Shown: positions 9,045 to 18,356, numbered from the stretch's first letter. The stretch: 63,466 nt of DNA from Candidatus Parcubacteria bacterium (GCA_963766795.1 CAVYBN010000006.1:1-63466), one strand, 5' to 3'. Numbers and translations: made by a program. Notes: a model not told the origin generated them from the letters alone.

Positions 9045-10109
9045 ATGAGTTATAACCCAAACAAAGCAATACATCCGGGACATGCGCTTGCCAAAGCGTT
9101 GGATGGTGAGGGTATGACTCAAAAGAGTTTGAGCGAGAGGACCGGCCTTACGGAAAAACATATCAGCCAAATGATAAACGGCGAAGCTTCGATCACGGTC
9201 GAGACCGCTCTACTTTTAGAGAATGTCCTTGGTGGAACCGCTTCTTTCTGGATTAACCTCGAGAAACATTATCAGGAGACAAATGCTCGCTTGGAACGGC
9301 GTTCTTCGGTTGTAAATGAGCTTGGTCTTGTTTCTAAATTTCCATATAAAGAATTGGCAAAAAGAGGTTATGTCGAACAAACCGGCAACCGCGAAAAGAA
9401 AGTTGAAAATCTGTGGAAATTCTTCGGCGTGAATTCGTTGGCTTTTGTCCAAGATACGGATCCCATAGCCTACAGAAAGAAAAGCGGATTGAATGTCAAA
9501 AGCGAACATATAGCCTCGTGGCTTCGATGCGGAGAATTGGAAGCCAAAAAGATTACCTTACCGGAATATTCAGAGACGAAACTAAAGGAGCTCTTGCCGA
9601 CACTAAAGACGCTATCAACGAAAAACGCAAAAGAATATTCGAAGGCGGTAACAGAAATGTTGCACGGAGCTGGCGTCGGACTTACATATACTCCGCATTT
9701 TCCGGGAACTGGCGTCAGCGCGGCCGTGAGATGGGTTGGGAACAATCCTCTTATTCAGCTTAGCATTTACTATCCGTGGGCCGATATCTTCTGGTTCAAT
9801 CTATATCATGAAATTGGCCACCTCGTATTGCATGGCAAGAAAGATAGGTTCATAGAATTTGACGACAAAGCACTGTCTAATGTTCAGGATAAAGAGAAGG
9901 AAGCAGATGAGTTTGCTAAAGAGGGTTTGATACCGTCAAAAGCCTATGCTGAACTTATCGCCAATCCTTTGACCAAGCAAGGGGTTATTGATTTTGCGAA
10001 AAACCAAGGTATCGATACCGGCATCGTGGCCGGTAGGCTATGCCATGATAGGAGGGTAAATTGGAAAAGTGTATCTAGCTTGAGACCAAGGCTTAAATTT
10101 ACTTCGTAG
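9045..10109 (+). CDS. higA: HigA-family antitoxin: XRE HTH fused to ImmA/IrrE-type metallopeptidase
   Basis: AIHPG...MTQKSLSERTG HigA N-terminus; HEIGH zinc motif and EKEADEFA. Confidence 0.9.
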   Translation: MSYNPNKAIHPGHALAKALDGEGMTQKSLSERTGLTEKHISQMINGEASITVETALLLENVLGGTASFWINLEKHYQETNARLERRSSVVNELGLVSKFPYKELAKRGYVEQTGNREKKVENLWKFFGVNSLAFVQDTDPIAYRKKSGLNVKSEHIASWLRCGELEAKKITLPEYSETKLKELLPTLKTLSTKNAKEYSKAVTEMLHGAGVGLTYTPHFPGTGVSAAVRWVGNNPLIQLSIYYPWADIFWFNLYHEIGHLVLHGKKDRFIEFDDKALSNVQDKEKEADEFAKEGLIPSKAYAELIANPLTKQGVIDFAKNQGIDTGIVAGRLCHDRRVNWKSVSSLRPRLKFTS

Positions 10110-10159
10110 AAATTACATTGTGGTATAATATTGTCATTAATAACAAATAACATATTTAT

Positions 10160-10819
10160 ATGGATGCTGTACTATTTATCGTCGGAATTTTCTTTCTTTG
10201 GAAAGGTTCTATGAAATTTTCGAGAAAGACTGAGCCTTGGCCGAAATCAAAAAAGACGGGGCGTATTATTGGTGCGGTTCTTTTGATACCACTTGTAGCT
10301 GAATTAATATTTTTTCAATCTATTGCCGGTGTGCAGATGACAGACCATATTGTAACTCTTCCATCAGGATCCGCATACTCAAATCAACAATATAGTTTTA
10401 ATATTATTCCACCATCGGGTTGGATGGTAGATAAGAGCCCCACGAATGGAGCTGTAGTTGAATTTGTTGATAGATTGAAAGCCGTCCAAGCGATTATGGC
10501 TGTTACTACGATTAACCAACCTCAAGTCACGACTTCTTTCTTTGACACGTATGTTGCTAATGGTGTGCAACAAGCAAAAAATACGCCAGGGATTACGTTT
10601 ATAGGCAGTAATAAAATCGTGTCGGGCAGTATGTCATATTATTTAATTGAGTACAAGCAGAAAATACCCGGTGGTAGTGGCCTTTCCCACGTTCTACAAC
10701 TAAGTATGCTAGGTAAAAGTGGGACAATATTTGTAATCTCAGGCGAGAGCGATGATGCGGTCTGGACAAATTTTGAGAGTGTGATTAAAGCCTCACTGCA
10801 AAGCTTTTCTCTAAATTAA
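10160..10819 (+). CDS. Membrane-anchored PsbP-like/DUF1795-like protein
   Basis: Two N-terminal hydrophobic helices, then YSFNIIPPSGW and a C-terminal SLQSF motif. Confidence 0.6.
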   Translation: MDAVLFIVGIFFLWKGSMKFSRKTEPWPKSKKTGRIIGAVLLIPLVAELIFFQSIAGVQMTDHIVTLPSGSAYSNQQYSFNIIPPSGWMVDKSPTNGAVVEFVDRLKAVQAIMAVTTINQPQVTTSFFDTYVANGVQQAKNTPGITFIGSNKIVSGSMSYYLIEYKQKIPGGSGLSHVLQLSMLGKSGTIFVISGESDDAVWTNFESVIKASLQSFSLN

Positions 10820-10826
10820 ATCCCTC

Positions 10827-11258
10827 ATGTTCACAGATCAAGATAATGGTTTTACTATCATGCCACCGCAAGGATGGACAACTGATAAAAACAAAAGATT
10901 TGGTCTGGTTATATTTAAGGATTCAAGGTGGAGACTAAATTCATCCATAAACATTGAGTCAGAATCCACTAGTCTGAAGCTTGATGAGTATGTCGCCTAT
11001 GAGTTAGATAAGGAACAAAAAATTCCTGGTCTCTCGGTAATCAGCAAGGCGAAAATAGTTTCCGGTGGTATAGATTGTTATCTGATAAGAATGGAAGTCA
11101 AAATGCCGTACGGCGTACTTCATCAATTACAGCTCATAACTGTTACAAATGACGGGAAGTCTTTCCTTGTAACAGGTATGAGTAAAGATAAGGTCTGGGC
11201 TACAAATAAGAAATTGATCAACGATTCACTTATGACCTTTTCCATTTTTAAATCGTAA
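10827..11258 (+). CDS. PsbP-like protein, paralog of the upstream gene's soluble domain
   Basis: FTIMPPQGW..DK aligns with FNIIPPSGW..DK; both contain KIVSG..YLI and H.LQL. Confidence 0.6.
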   Translation: MFTDQDNGFTIMPPQGWTTDKNKRFGLVIFKDSRWRLNSSINIESESTSLKLDEYVAYELDKEQKIPGLSVISKAKIVSGGIDCYLIRMEVKMPYGVLHQLQLITVTNDGKSFLVTGMSKDKVWATNKKLINDSLMTFSIFKS

Positions 11259-11292
11259 ATGGTTTTTTCATCCCATTTATAAACTCAATCGA

Positions 11293-11431
11293 GAAGCGGT
11301 CGACTTCCGCTTCTCTCATCAACTGTTGTTCGCGTCCGGCGGAATGTCGGTGCGGCGAAATGCAATGAAGCCGCACGGACTGACGCAAGGACGCGCCACA
11401 TTCATCCGCTGAAGCGGAAGTGGGCCGCTTC
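11293..11431. repeat. GAAGCGG long-hairpin element, copy 2
   Basis: Same 21-nt arms as copy 1 around a different, shorter interior. Confidence 0.85.
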
Positions 11432-11462
11432 GAACAACTGCGATTCCCATGCTAGAATACAC

Positions 11463-11489
11463 GTGGCTCAATTGGTGGGAATGAGCCAC
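11463..11489 (-). repeat. 27-bp palindromic site, copy c
   Basis: GTGGCTCAA-TTGGTGGGA-ATGAGCCAC. Confidence 0.8.
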
Positions 11490-11743
11490 AAGCAATCTCT
11501 GACTTAGTTCACCTTTTCATCCTAATCCCCGCGCCCGCCGCAAAAAAACGGCAGGGCAGGCCGGCAAAAAACAAATAGCTAGGGCGGACGGAGTCCTTCC
11601 CCCACACCCCCAGGCCTCCGTCCGCCCTCTCCTCATTGTTCCGGATTTTCGGCGAAAAAGGTTCGAACTTTGTTCATGTACTGCCGCCAAGGTTTATTAA
11701 GCAAATAAAAGATTCCGCAGGCACTCTTAAAAGATTAATCTTT

Positions 11744-12493
11744 ATGAAAAAAATCGTAGCAATCGGAGGTGGCGAAATCGGTAGTCCTGGGTATCCGGTA
11801 GAAACCACCACAATTGATAAAGAGATCATCCGGCTAACTGGCAAGAAAAGCCCAAGATTGCTTTTTATTCCAACAGCAAGCTCTGACTCCAGAGGATATT
11901 ATGAGACTGTCCATAAACATTTTGGAAAAAGATTGGGATGCAGAATAGATGTGCTATGGCTGATAAAAGAAAAGCCATCTCATAAAGGAATAGAGCAAAA
12001 AGTGATGACTTCTGACATCGTGTATGTTGGCGGCGGCAATACCCTGAAGATGCTCCGAATCTGGAAGTCCTACGGATTAGATTCAATATTAAAGAAAGCC
12101 TGGAAGAAGGGCATTATCCTCTCGGGTCTCAGCGCAGGATCGATTTGCTGGTTCCGTGCCGGGACCTCCGATTCTAGACGAGATAATGATCCTGATGCTG
12201 ATCTCATAAAAGTCAGCGGGCTTGGGTTTATTCCCGCCACACATTCTCCTCATTATGATGTCGAAAAAGATCGGCGTCCCGGATTGAAGAAAATAATGCA
12301 GAAGACTTCGGGTGTCGCTATCGCCATTGATAATTGCTGTGCTATCGAGTTCGAGGACGATACATATCGTGTCATTACCTCAAAACCGAATGCAAAGGCT
12401 TACAAGGTCTATTGGAAAGCCGGGAAGTACCATGAAGAGGAGATAGTAAAAAGAAAAGACTTTTCGTTGGTATCTGATTTGTTAATGAAGTAA
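11744..12493 (+). CDS. Peptidase E (S51 family, class I glutamine amidotransferase-like)
   Basis: IVAIGGGE, FIPTASSD, YVGGGNT, GLSAGS nucleophile elbow, PHY. Confidence 0.92.
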   Translation: MKKIVAIGGGEIGSPGYPVETTTIDKEIIRLTGKKSPRLLFIPTASSDSRGYYETVHKHFGKRLGCRIDVLWLIKEKPSHKGIEQKVMTSDIVYVGGGNTLKMLRIWKSYGLDSILKKAWKKGIILSGLSAGSICWFRAGTSDSRRDNDPDADLIKVSGLGFIPATHSPHYDVEKDRRPGLKKIMQKTSGVAIAIDNCCAIEFEDDTYRVITSKPNAKAYKVYWKAGKYHEEEIVKRKDFSLVSDLLMK

Positions 12494-12619
12494 GCGGTAA
12501 GTGTTTTGTTGCATGAAGGGCCCAGATAAAGTAGCATAAAGATGGAATCAAATCGGGATTTACTTATTCATGTCGAATGAGCTGGTTTGATTAGCGCTCC
12601 TCAAAAAAAGATTCACATT

Positions 12620-13171
12620 ATGACAACTACGTTAGGACAACCACGGCTGGCTCGAACGGGGACACCAGGACCTCTCAGCGAGGCGATCATCACCGCAGTG
12701 CCAGGCAAATTCTATGCCTACTCGCCTATCTTCACGGACGGCAAACCGCTCTATGCGCTCTTGGATTGCAAGGCAAATAAATCTCGCGAGCTCGCACAAG
12801 CAGCCAAGCTCAGCCGCGAAGTTCACTTGCATTTCGGATTCGGTGGTGCGACTCCCGCCCGAGTCTCTTCGATCAAAATGATCCAAGCTGCAGGTCTGTT
12901 GGCTCGTGCCGGCGCCGAGTTCGACGATGTCTGGGTTGCCCCTGCCCGCATCGCAATCGAGGATTTTTACATCCTCTGTGCGCGGCGAGATTCAGCGAAG
13001 CTTGTGAATATTTGCAAGGCCTCACGCCCGGAATGTGGGACATCCATGGGTGTGGCACCGGGGGTCATCGTCGCTGTGATGACGAGTGCCGGCAAATACG
13101 GATTGTTCCTGGTGAAGGAACTTACGCCGATGTCGGTCAGCATTGACGCTTGTCATGTCCTGTTGCCGTAA
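12620..13171 (+). CDS. Hypothetical protein
   Basis: 183-aa ORF with higher GC than its neighbours; no motif recognised. Confidence 0.55.
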   Translation: MTTTLGQPRLARTGTPGPLSEAIITAVPGKFYAYSPIFTDGKPLYALLDCKANKSRELAQAAKLSREVHLHFGFGGATPARVSSIKMIQAAGLLARAGAEFDDVWVAPARIAIEDFYILCARRDSAKLVNICKASRPECGTSMGVAPGVIVAVMTSAGKYGLFLVKELTPMSVSIDACHVLLP

Positions 13172-13277
13172 CCTCGCTCGAACCCTGATTCAAGACTTCG
13201 TAGCCGCCAAGAGACTTGTCTCCTGGCGGATTTTTATCCCCGCGATTTTCAAATGTCAAGTTATCAACCATTATGGC

Positions 13278-13306
13278 TTGACTTTTTTACATCAGTTTTA
13301 TATACT
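13278..13306 (+). promoter_or_regulatory. Sigma70-type promoter with overlapping GTCAAG...CTTGAC inverted repeat (possible operator)
   Basis: TTGACT-17 nt-TATACT, 8 nt before the ATG at 13315. Confidence 0.7.
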
Positions 13307-13314
13307 CGTTGGAT

Positions 13315-14019
13315 ATGACCAACAAGTATATACAAAAACTCAAAGAGTTTCGTTTAAAAAGAGGTCTTTCTCAAGAGCAAGTGGCACAGGCGATCGGCGT
13401 ATCTCGTCCTACCTATACCGCCATCGAGGCGGGGAAGAAACAGGATCTCGATCTCGGTGAAGCGCAGAAACTCGCCAATTTTTTTGGCATCAGTCTAGGC
13501 GAGCTTATTTCAGGAACGATTGAGAATGTCGAGAAATATAAGCAGATGATACTTTCATATCTGCGGATGAACATCTCTAGCTCTAGAGGCGGAAAAGTGA
13601 CGAAGACCAAACTTGCCAAGCTTCTGTATCTCGCTGATTTCGCGTGGTTCTATGATCATCTGGAAAGCATGAGCGGCATGCAATATAAGAAGTTCGCATA
13701 CGGTCCGGTACCGGACACCTTCTTCCGCGTTCTCGATGAACTGGAAGATTGTGGAAAGATCAATGTTGCCAGGACGAAAGAAGGCGAAAAAGACGTGTTC
13801 TTGATCAGCGAATCAGAAAGCAACAAGAATGAAAAGATCACGACCATTTCGGGGGAAGAACAGAAACTGATGGAGAAGATCGCGGAGAAATGGAAAGACA
13901 AGAACACTCAAGATATCGTGACTTTCACGCACAACCAATTGCCATACACCATATCTCGAGATAATGAGGTGATACCTTATGAGCTCATAATTCAAGAAAA
14001 CCCCGGAGATGTCTACTAG
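13315..14019 (+). CDS. XRE HTH fused to DUF4065 (Panacea/SocA-like) antitoxin domain
   Basis: LKEFRLKRGLSQEQVAQAIGVSRPTY HTH; KLAKLLYLADF, YGPVP and W...H-type Panacea motifs. Confidence 0.88.
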   Translation: MTNKYIQKLKEFRLKRGLSQEQVAQAIGVSRPTYTAIEAGKKQDLDLGEAQKLANFFGISLGELISGTIENVEKYKQMILSYLRMNISSSRGGKVTKTKLAKLLYLADFAWFYDHLESMSGMQYKKFAYGPVPDTFFRVLDELEDCGKINVARTKEGEKDVFLISESESNKNEKITTISGEEQKLMEKIAEKWKDKNTQDIVTFTHNQLPYTISRDNEVIPYELIIQENPGDVY

Positions 14020-14404
14020 CTATACCGTCATTGTTGAACGCTTTGCCGAGCGTCACTTCATAAAGAGTTTCTCAAAAAAGTACAAGGGCGCTTGGGATAT
14101 CACATGGACGGGCATTCTGGCGCAATTCAGAAGTTTCGACGAGCTATTCAAGTCATCTATCGCCGAGACGATCGTTCGCGATTCCGGTCTCAAAATATGC
14201 AAAGTCGAATTCCGTGTTCATGGTACATCTGTATCTCGTCATGGCTCAGGTAATAGATGCATCGTAGCGATCCATGAAAACACAAACACGATCTCTGTTC
14301 TTTTGGTATATGGCAAAACGGATCTGAGCGGCCACAATGAGACTCTGGAGTGGAAGAGGTTGATCGCGGAGAATTATCCGGAGTATAAGGAGCATTGTAA
14401 ATAA
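14009..14404 (+). CDS. Putative RelE/HigB-fold toxin paired with the Panacea antitoxin
   Basis: Overlaps the antitoxin stop; R-CIV...LLVYGKTD pattern of RelE-like RNases. Confidence 0.55.
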   Translation: MSTSYTVIVERFAERHFIKSFSKKYKGAWDITWTGILAQFRSFDELFKSSIAETIVRDSGLKICKVEFRVHGTSVSRHGSGNRCIVAIHENTNTISVLLVYGKTDLSGHNETLEWKRLIAENYPEYKEHCK

Positions 14405-14598
14405 CAAAACCATGTCTGAATATTACCTCACAAAGAGTTTAATGGGTGGGATCGTTAACGATTTAAAAAATGCAGATAAGGCATATGAGGATTGGAGCTC
14501 TGATAACTAAGATGTAGTGAGCTCAGAATCATTATCGACGACAAGGAAGATTGAAACGCTCCGGAGCCGGCAGGGATGTCGTTTACACGCCAAGCTAA

Positions 14599-14625
14599 TC
14601 GGGTCATTCCCACCATTTGACCCGA
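14599..14625 (+). repeat. 27-bp palindromic site, copy e (variant arms)
   Basis: TCGGGTCAT-TCCCACCAT-TTGACCCGA; spacer nearly identical to the reverse of copy c. Confidence 0.65.
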
Positions 14626-14795
14626 TTAAGTCTTCTCATTCCAAAACACTTTTTCGGCTCTGTAATCTTGCGCACCAACGGGTTCGGCTGATAAAATGCA
14701 TCCATTCCTGTCTCTCGGGTCCGCGACGACGAGAGGCCTGCCCAGGAACGGTCACCTAATCCTAAACGCCCAAGTGCTCCTTGGGCACATCATCC

Positions 14796-15353
14796 ATGTT
14801 CAACCGCTTGCGGCAGATCTGCCGCGTTTTTTGGCCTTTCGTTCTGCTCGTCGCGTTGATCGTGCTCGTCACGGCCATGGTCACGGTCCGGATCGCTATC
14901 GCCCGCTATGATTCACAGTTCAGAGTCGTCTATTCGTTGGATCGCAGGGACGTAGACGGCGAGATCATCCGTCTCGTCAACGGAGCCGACCGCTATGTCT
15001 ACTTCGCCGTCTATTATTTCTCCAAGACCGACATCGCCGACGCTCTGATCCGCGCCAAACAGCGCGGGTTGGAAGTGCGAGGCATCACCGACGCCGCTGC
15101 AAGCCAAGACGCCAACAAGGCCGTCTTGGCTTTGCTGGGGAAGGCCGGCATCGCCATCGAGACGCAGAAGCACCAAGACGGAATCATGCACATGAAGGCC
15201 GTCGTCACCGACAAAGCCTACGCTTCCGGCAGTTACAATTGGACGGATTCCGCTACGGAAGCCAACGACGAGGTCTTGGAAATAGGAACGGACAAATCCG
15301 TTCATGACCAATATCTGGCGATCATCAAGAGAGTATTGGAAGTTAATCGTTGA
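14796..15353 (+). CDS. Membrane-anchored phospholipase D/Nuc-like protein (single HKD)
   Basis: N-terminal TM helix; HMKAVVTD (HxKxxxxD) followed by SGSYNWT. Confidence 0.9.
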   Translation: MFNRLRQICRVFWPFVLLVALIVLVTAMVTVRIAIARYDSQFRVVYSLDRRDVDGEIIRLVNGADRYVYFAVYYFSKTDIADALIRAKQRGLEVRGITDAAASQDANKAVLALLGKAGIAIETQKHQDGIMHMKAVVTDKAYASGSYNWTDSATEANDEVLEIGTDKSVHDQYLAIIKRVLEVNR

Positions 15354-15358
15354 AAACC

Positions 15359-15886
15359 ATGAATACAAAAAACTTCATATTGAGATGCAAAGATCTTGCC
15401 GCTAAAAACAAAGATGGACTATTAAAATACAGAAGCTACGCGTTGATAGCGATTGGAATTGTGACGATTGCCATGCTTGCTCTCGGAGCTTACTGGTTCG
15501 CGCACGCAAACGGCGAATCGAAAGGCGTCGACGGATCGGCTGACGTCTCTCCGTCTTCTTCGAACCAATATCAAACGACTGCAAATGCCGCGGATCCCGG
15601 GGTCACGCCGGAATATGATTATTCGGAAGCGCCAAAACATATCGGCGAGCGCGCTACTGTCCGCGGCACGGTCGAGAAGATCTTCACCGCGAAGAGCGGA
15701 GTGACTTTCTTCGATTTTTGCCAAGGCTTCGATGCTTGCCCGTTCGGGGCGGTCGTCTTCGCTTCTGATCTGAAGTCGTTCGGAGATCTGAAGAGATACC
15801 AGCGGGCCGTCAAGCTCTACGGCGTCATCAAGTCGTATCAAGGCAAAGCCGAGATGGTCTTGAACGGTCCCGACCAGATCGAATGA
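15359..15886 (+). CDS. Membrane-anchored OB-fold nucleic-acid-binding protein
   Basis: TM helix, Ser/Thr linker, EAPKHIGERATVRGTV...GVIKSYQGKAEMVL OB-like pattern. Confidence 0.65.
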   Translation: MNTKNFILRCKDLAAKNKDGLLKYRSYALIAIGIVTIAMLALGAYWFAHANGESKGVDGSADVSPSSSNQYQTTANAADPGVTPEYDYSEAPKHIGERATVRGTVEKIFTAKSGVTFFDFCQGFDACPFGAVVFASDLKSFGDLKRYQRAVKLYGVIKSYQGKAEMVLNGPDQIE

Positions 15887-15905
15887 CTGCCGTTCGAGGC
15901 CGCTT

Positions 15906-15932
15906 GTGGCTTATTCCAACCGTTTGAGCCAC
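15906..15932 (+). repeat. 27-bp palindromic site, copy d (degenerate)
   Basis: GTGGCTTAT-TCCAACCGT-TTGAGCCAC, 19 nt after the OB-fold gene stop. Confidence 0.6.
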
Positions 15933-15961
15933 AGCCTTTGTCGTGCTACAATATCGCCATC

Positions 15962-16255
15962 ATGATGCATTCATACGGCAGCTATTCGTGGTGGGGTCCG
16001 GCGCCGGTCGGTAGCTTTGGAGTCTTCGGGGTCTTGGGCATATTGCTCTTGGCCGTATTCCTGATAGCGGTGATCGCCTTGAAGGGCTACGCTCTCTGGT
16101 ACGCGGCTAAGCGCGGCGAAAAGTGGTGGTTCATCGCCATTCTCGTCGTCAATACCGCCGGCATCCTCGAGATCGTCTACTTGGTATTTTTCGTGAAGAA
16201 GTGGCATAGGAGGTTGAAGGCGGAGGATCGAAACCGTGACCAATCTTCGCAGTAA
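15962..16255 (+). CDS. DUF5652-like small membrane protein
   Basis: KGYALWYAAKRGEKWWFIAILVVNTAGILEIVYL pattern. Confidence 0.8.
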   Translation: MMHSYGSYSWWGPAPVGSFGVFGVLGILLLAVFLIAVIALKGYALWYAAKRGEKWWFIAILVVNTAGILEIVYLVFFVKKWHRRLKAEDRNRDQSSQ

Positions 16256-17465
16256 ATTCATTCACGGCATTTACAAGGGTGTTTTGAAGCCTATCTTTTT
16301 CCGCATGGATCCCGAAGCCATTCACGAGCGCATGACGCGCGTTGGCGTGATGCTTGGCGCTTATTCATTGACACGCTCTCTAACGGCTGGATCATTCGAG
16401 TACGAGAATGAGGCGCTCCGTCAAAATGTACTTGGCATAGATTTCAGGAATCCCGTCGGCTTGGCCGCCGGCTTCGATAAGGACGCGCAATTGACTGACA
16501 TATTGCCGGCCGTCGGCTTCGGCTTCGCGGAGGTCGGTTCCATCACCGGCGAACCGTGCGCCGGCAATCCCAAGCCGCGCCTCTGGCGATTGCCAAAATC
16601 GAAAAGCTTGGTCGTCTATTATGGATTGAAGAATGAAGGTTGCGAGGCGATCTCGGCCAGACTTGAAAGGAAGATCCAGGACAACCTTGAAAAGAAGCTT
16701 CAAAACGATTCGCAAGACAGACTCAAAGATGGATTGCAAAACAAGCTCCAAGACGATCTTCAAAGAAAGGTTCAAAATGGATTCCAACCGAAATTGTCCT
16801 CGATCCCGATCGGCGTAAGCGTGGCGATGACCAATTGCCGCGCGAATCTTGAAATTAGCAATGCTGTCGATGATTTCGCCAAAGCCTTCAAAGTCATGGA
16901 GCCATACGGCGATTATGTAACGGTGAATATCAGCTGTCCCAACACCGAGAGCGGTCAGCCGTTCATTCAGCCCGATAATCTTGAAAAGCTTTTCGTCGTT
17001 CTCGACAAGATCCCGACTGTGAAGCCGATCTTCATCAAGCTTTCGCCTGACATGGATCGCGCGGAGCTCGACGCTGTCTTAGATGTCGCTCGCTCGCATC
17101 GCATTCAAGGCATCATCACCACCAACCTGACCAAGAAGAGGGATAATCCGAAGATCCTTGACGTGAATGTGCCGACGAAAGGCGGCATGAGCGGCAAAGT
17201 CGTCCAAGATCTGACCGACGACATGCTGGCGTACATTTACAAGAAAGAAGGGAAGCGGTTCATCCTCGTCGGCAATGGAGGCGTCTTCACGGCCGAGGAC
17301 GCGTATAAGAAAATCAGGCTTGGCGCGTCGCTCGTCCAATTGATCACCGGCATGATCTTCGAAGGCCCACAGGTCATCGGCGAGATCAATCAGGGTTTGG
17401 TCAGGTTGCTCAAAAGAGACGGATTTACGAGCATTCAACAAGCAATCGGGGCTGATAACTGCTAA
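16236..17465 (+). CDS. pyrD: Dihydroorotate dehydrogenase (quinone, class 2) with a repetitive internal insertion
   Basis: NPVGLAAGFDKD, NISCPNT, IKLSPD, GGMSG, SLVQLITGMIFEGP. Confidence 0.95.
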   Translation: MTNLRSKFIHGIYKGVLKPIFFRMDPEAIHERMTRVGVMLGAYSLTRSLTAGSFEYENEALRQNVLGIDFRNPVGLAAGFDKDAQLTDILPAVGFGFAEVGSITGEPCAGNPKPRLWRLPKSKSLVVYYGLKNEGCEAISARLERKIQDNLEKKLQNDSQDRLKDGLQNKLQDDLQRKVQNGFQPKLSSIPIGVSVAMTNCRANLEISNAVDDFAKAFKVMEPYGDYVTVNISCPNTESGQPFIQPDNLEKLFVVLDKIPTVKPIFIKLSPDMDRAELDAVLDVARSHRIQGIITTNLTKKRDNPKILDVNVPTKGGMSGKVVQDLTDDMLAYIYKKEGKRFILVGNGGVFTAEDAYKKIRLGASLVQLITGMIFEGPQVIGEINQGLVRLLKRDGFTSIQQAIGADNC

Positions 17466-17502
17466 GATTAGGATTGTGGGTAAGAGTTTAAGCATTAATT
17501 AT

Positions 17503-17632
17503 CAAAATTTCAAAATCCAAATAACAAATTCCAGATAAAATCCAAATTTCAATGATCAAAAAACGCCGTATCTTATTTTGAAATTTGAATTCTGAGATTT
17601 CTCTGTAATTTGAATTCTGAATTTTGAGATTT
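17503..17632 (-). repeat. Heptamer-arm element family A, copy 1
   Basis: Reverse complement aligns with 19311-19441 (CAGAGAAATCTCAGAATTCAAAT...TTTGATCATTG...TTATCTGGAATTTG). Confidence 0.9.
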
Positions 17633-17664
17633 AATTGAAAACTAGTCTAATCTTTCAATCTTAA

Positions 17665-18304
17665 ATGACTCACAATAGTTGGCAAATTCATCCTCGCTCG
17701 CCATCACGAATCCGAGTGGAACAAGCTCGGGAAATGGACCGGCGTGACCAATGTCGGCTTGAGCCCGTACGGCTTCGAGATGTCCAGGAAAATGGGCGGG
17801 CTTTTGAAAGGCATCCGCGTCGACCAGGCCTTCGCTTCAGATCAAGTCCGCTCGCTGGAAACGCTCCTGTGCATGGAAGACGACGACGGCATAGACGTGC
17901 CGATCATCCGGAATGCCGCCTTGAACGAACGCGATTACGGCGATTACACCGGCAAGGACAAGTGGCAAGTCGAGAAGGAAGTCGGCGAGAAAGCTTTCGA
18001 AGCCATCCGGCGCGGTTGGGATGTACCGGTGCCGAACGGCGAGACCTTGAAGATGGTCTATGAGCGAGCCGTCCCATTCTATTTGAAAACGATCGTGCCG
18101 TTGGTCTCGGCCGGCAAGGACATCTTGGTCGTGGCTCACGGCAATTCTCTGCGCGCTATCGTCAAATATATCGAGAGCATCTCCGCCGAAGCCATCGTCA
18201 AGCTGGAATTTCCGTTCGGAGGCATATTCATATATGATATCGATGCGGACGGGCATATGGTTCACAAAGAAGTGCGGCAGGTTGAGTCGAAGGTGAACGC
18301 GTAA
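17665..18304 (+). CDS. gpmA: 2,3-bisphosphoglycerate-dependent phosphoglycerate mutase (+1 frameshift near the start)
   Basis: Corrected frame gives [19 protein letters not shown]; LNERDYG; VAHGNSLRA. Confidence 0.92.
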
Positions 18305-18356
18305 AACAAATGCAAAGGTTAAAAGTCAAAAGTCAAAATTGCAAGTTAAAAGTTTT

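Noticed and set aside
7713-11431. Classical integron with attC sites
   Set aside because: The hairpins lack RYYYAAC/GTTRRRY ends, and I saw no sign of the IntI-specific insertion in the integrase.
14690-14795. Riboswitch upstream of the PLD gene
   Set aside because: Hairpins are present, but I could not match the conserved cores of c-di-GMP, c-di-AMP or other known classes.
7654-15932. CRISPR array from the repeated GTGGCTCAA palindromes
   Set aside because: Copies are hundreds to thousands of bases apart, in mixed orientation, without regular spacers or cas genes.
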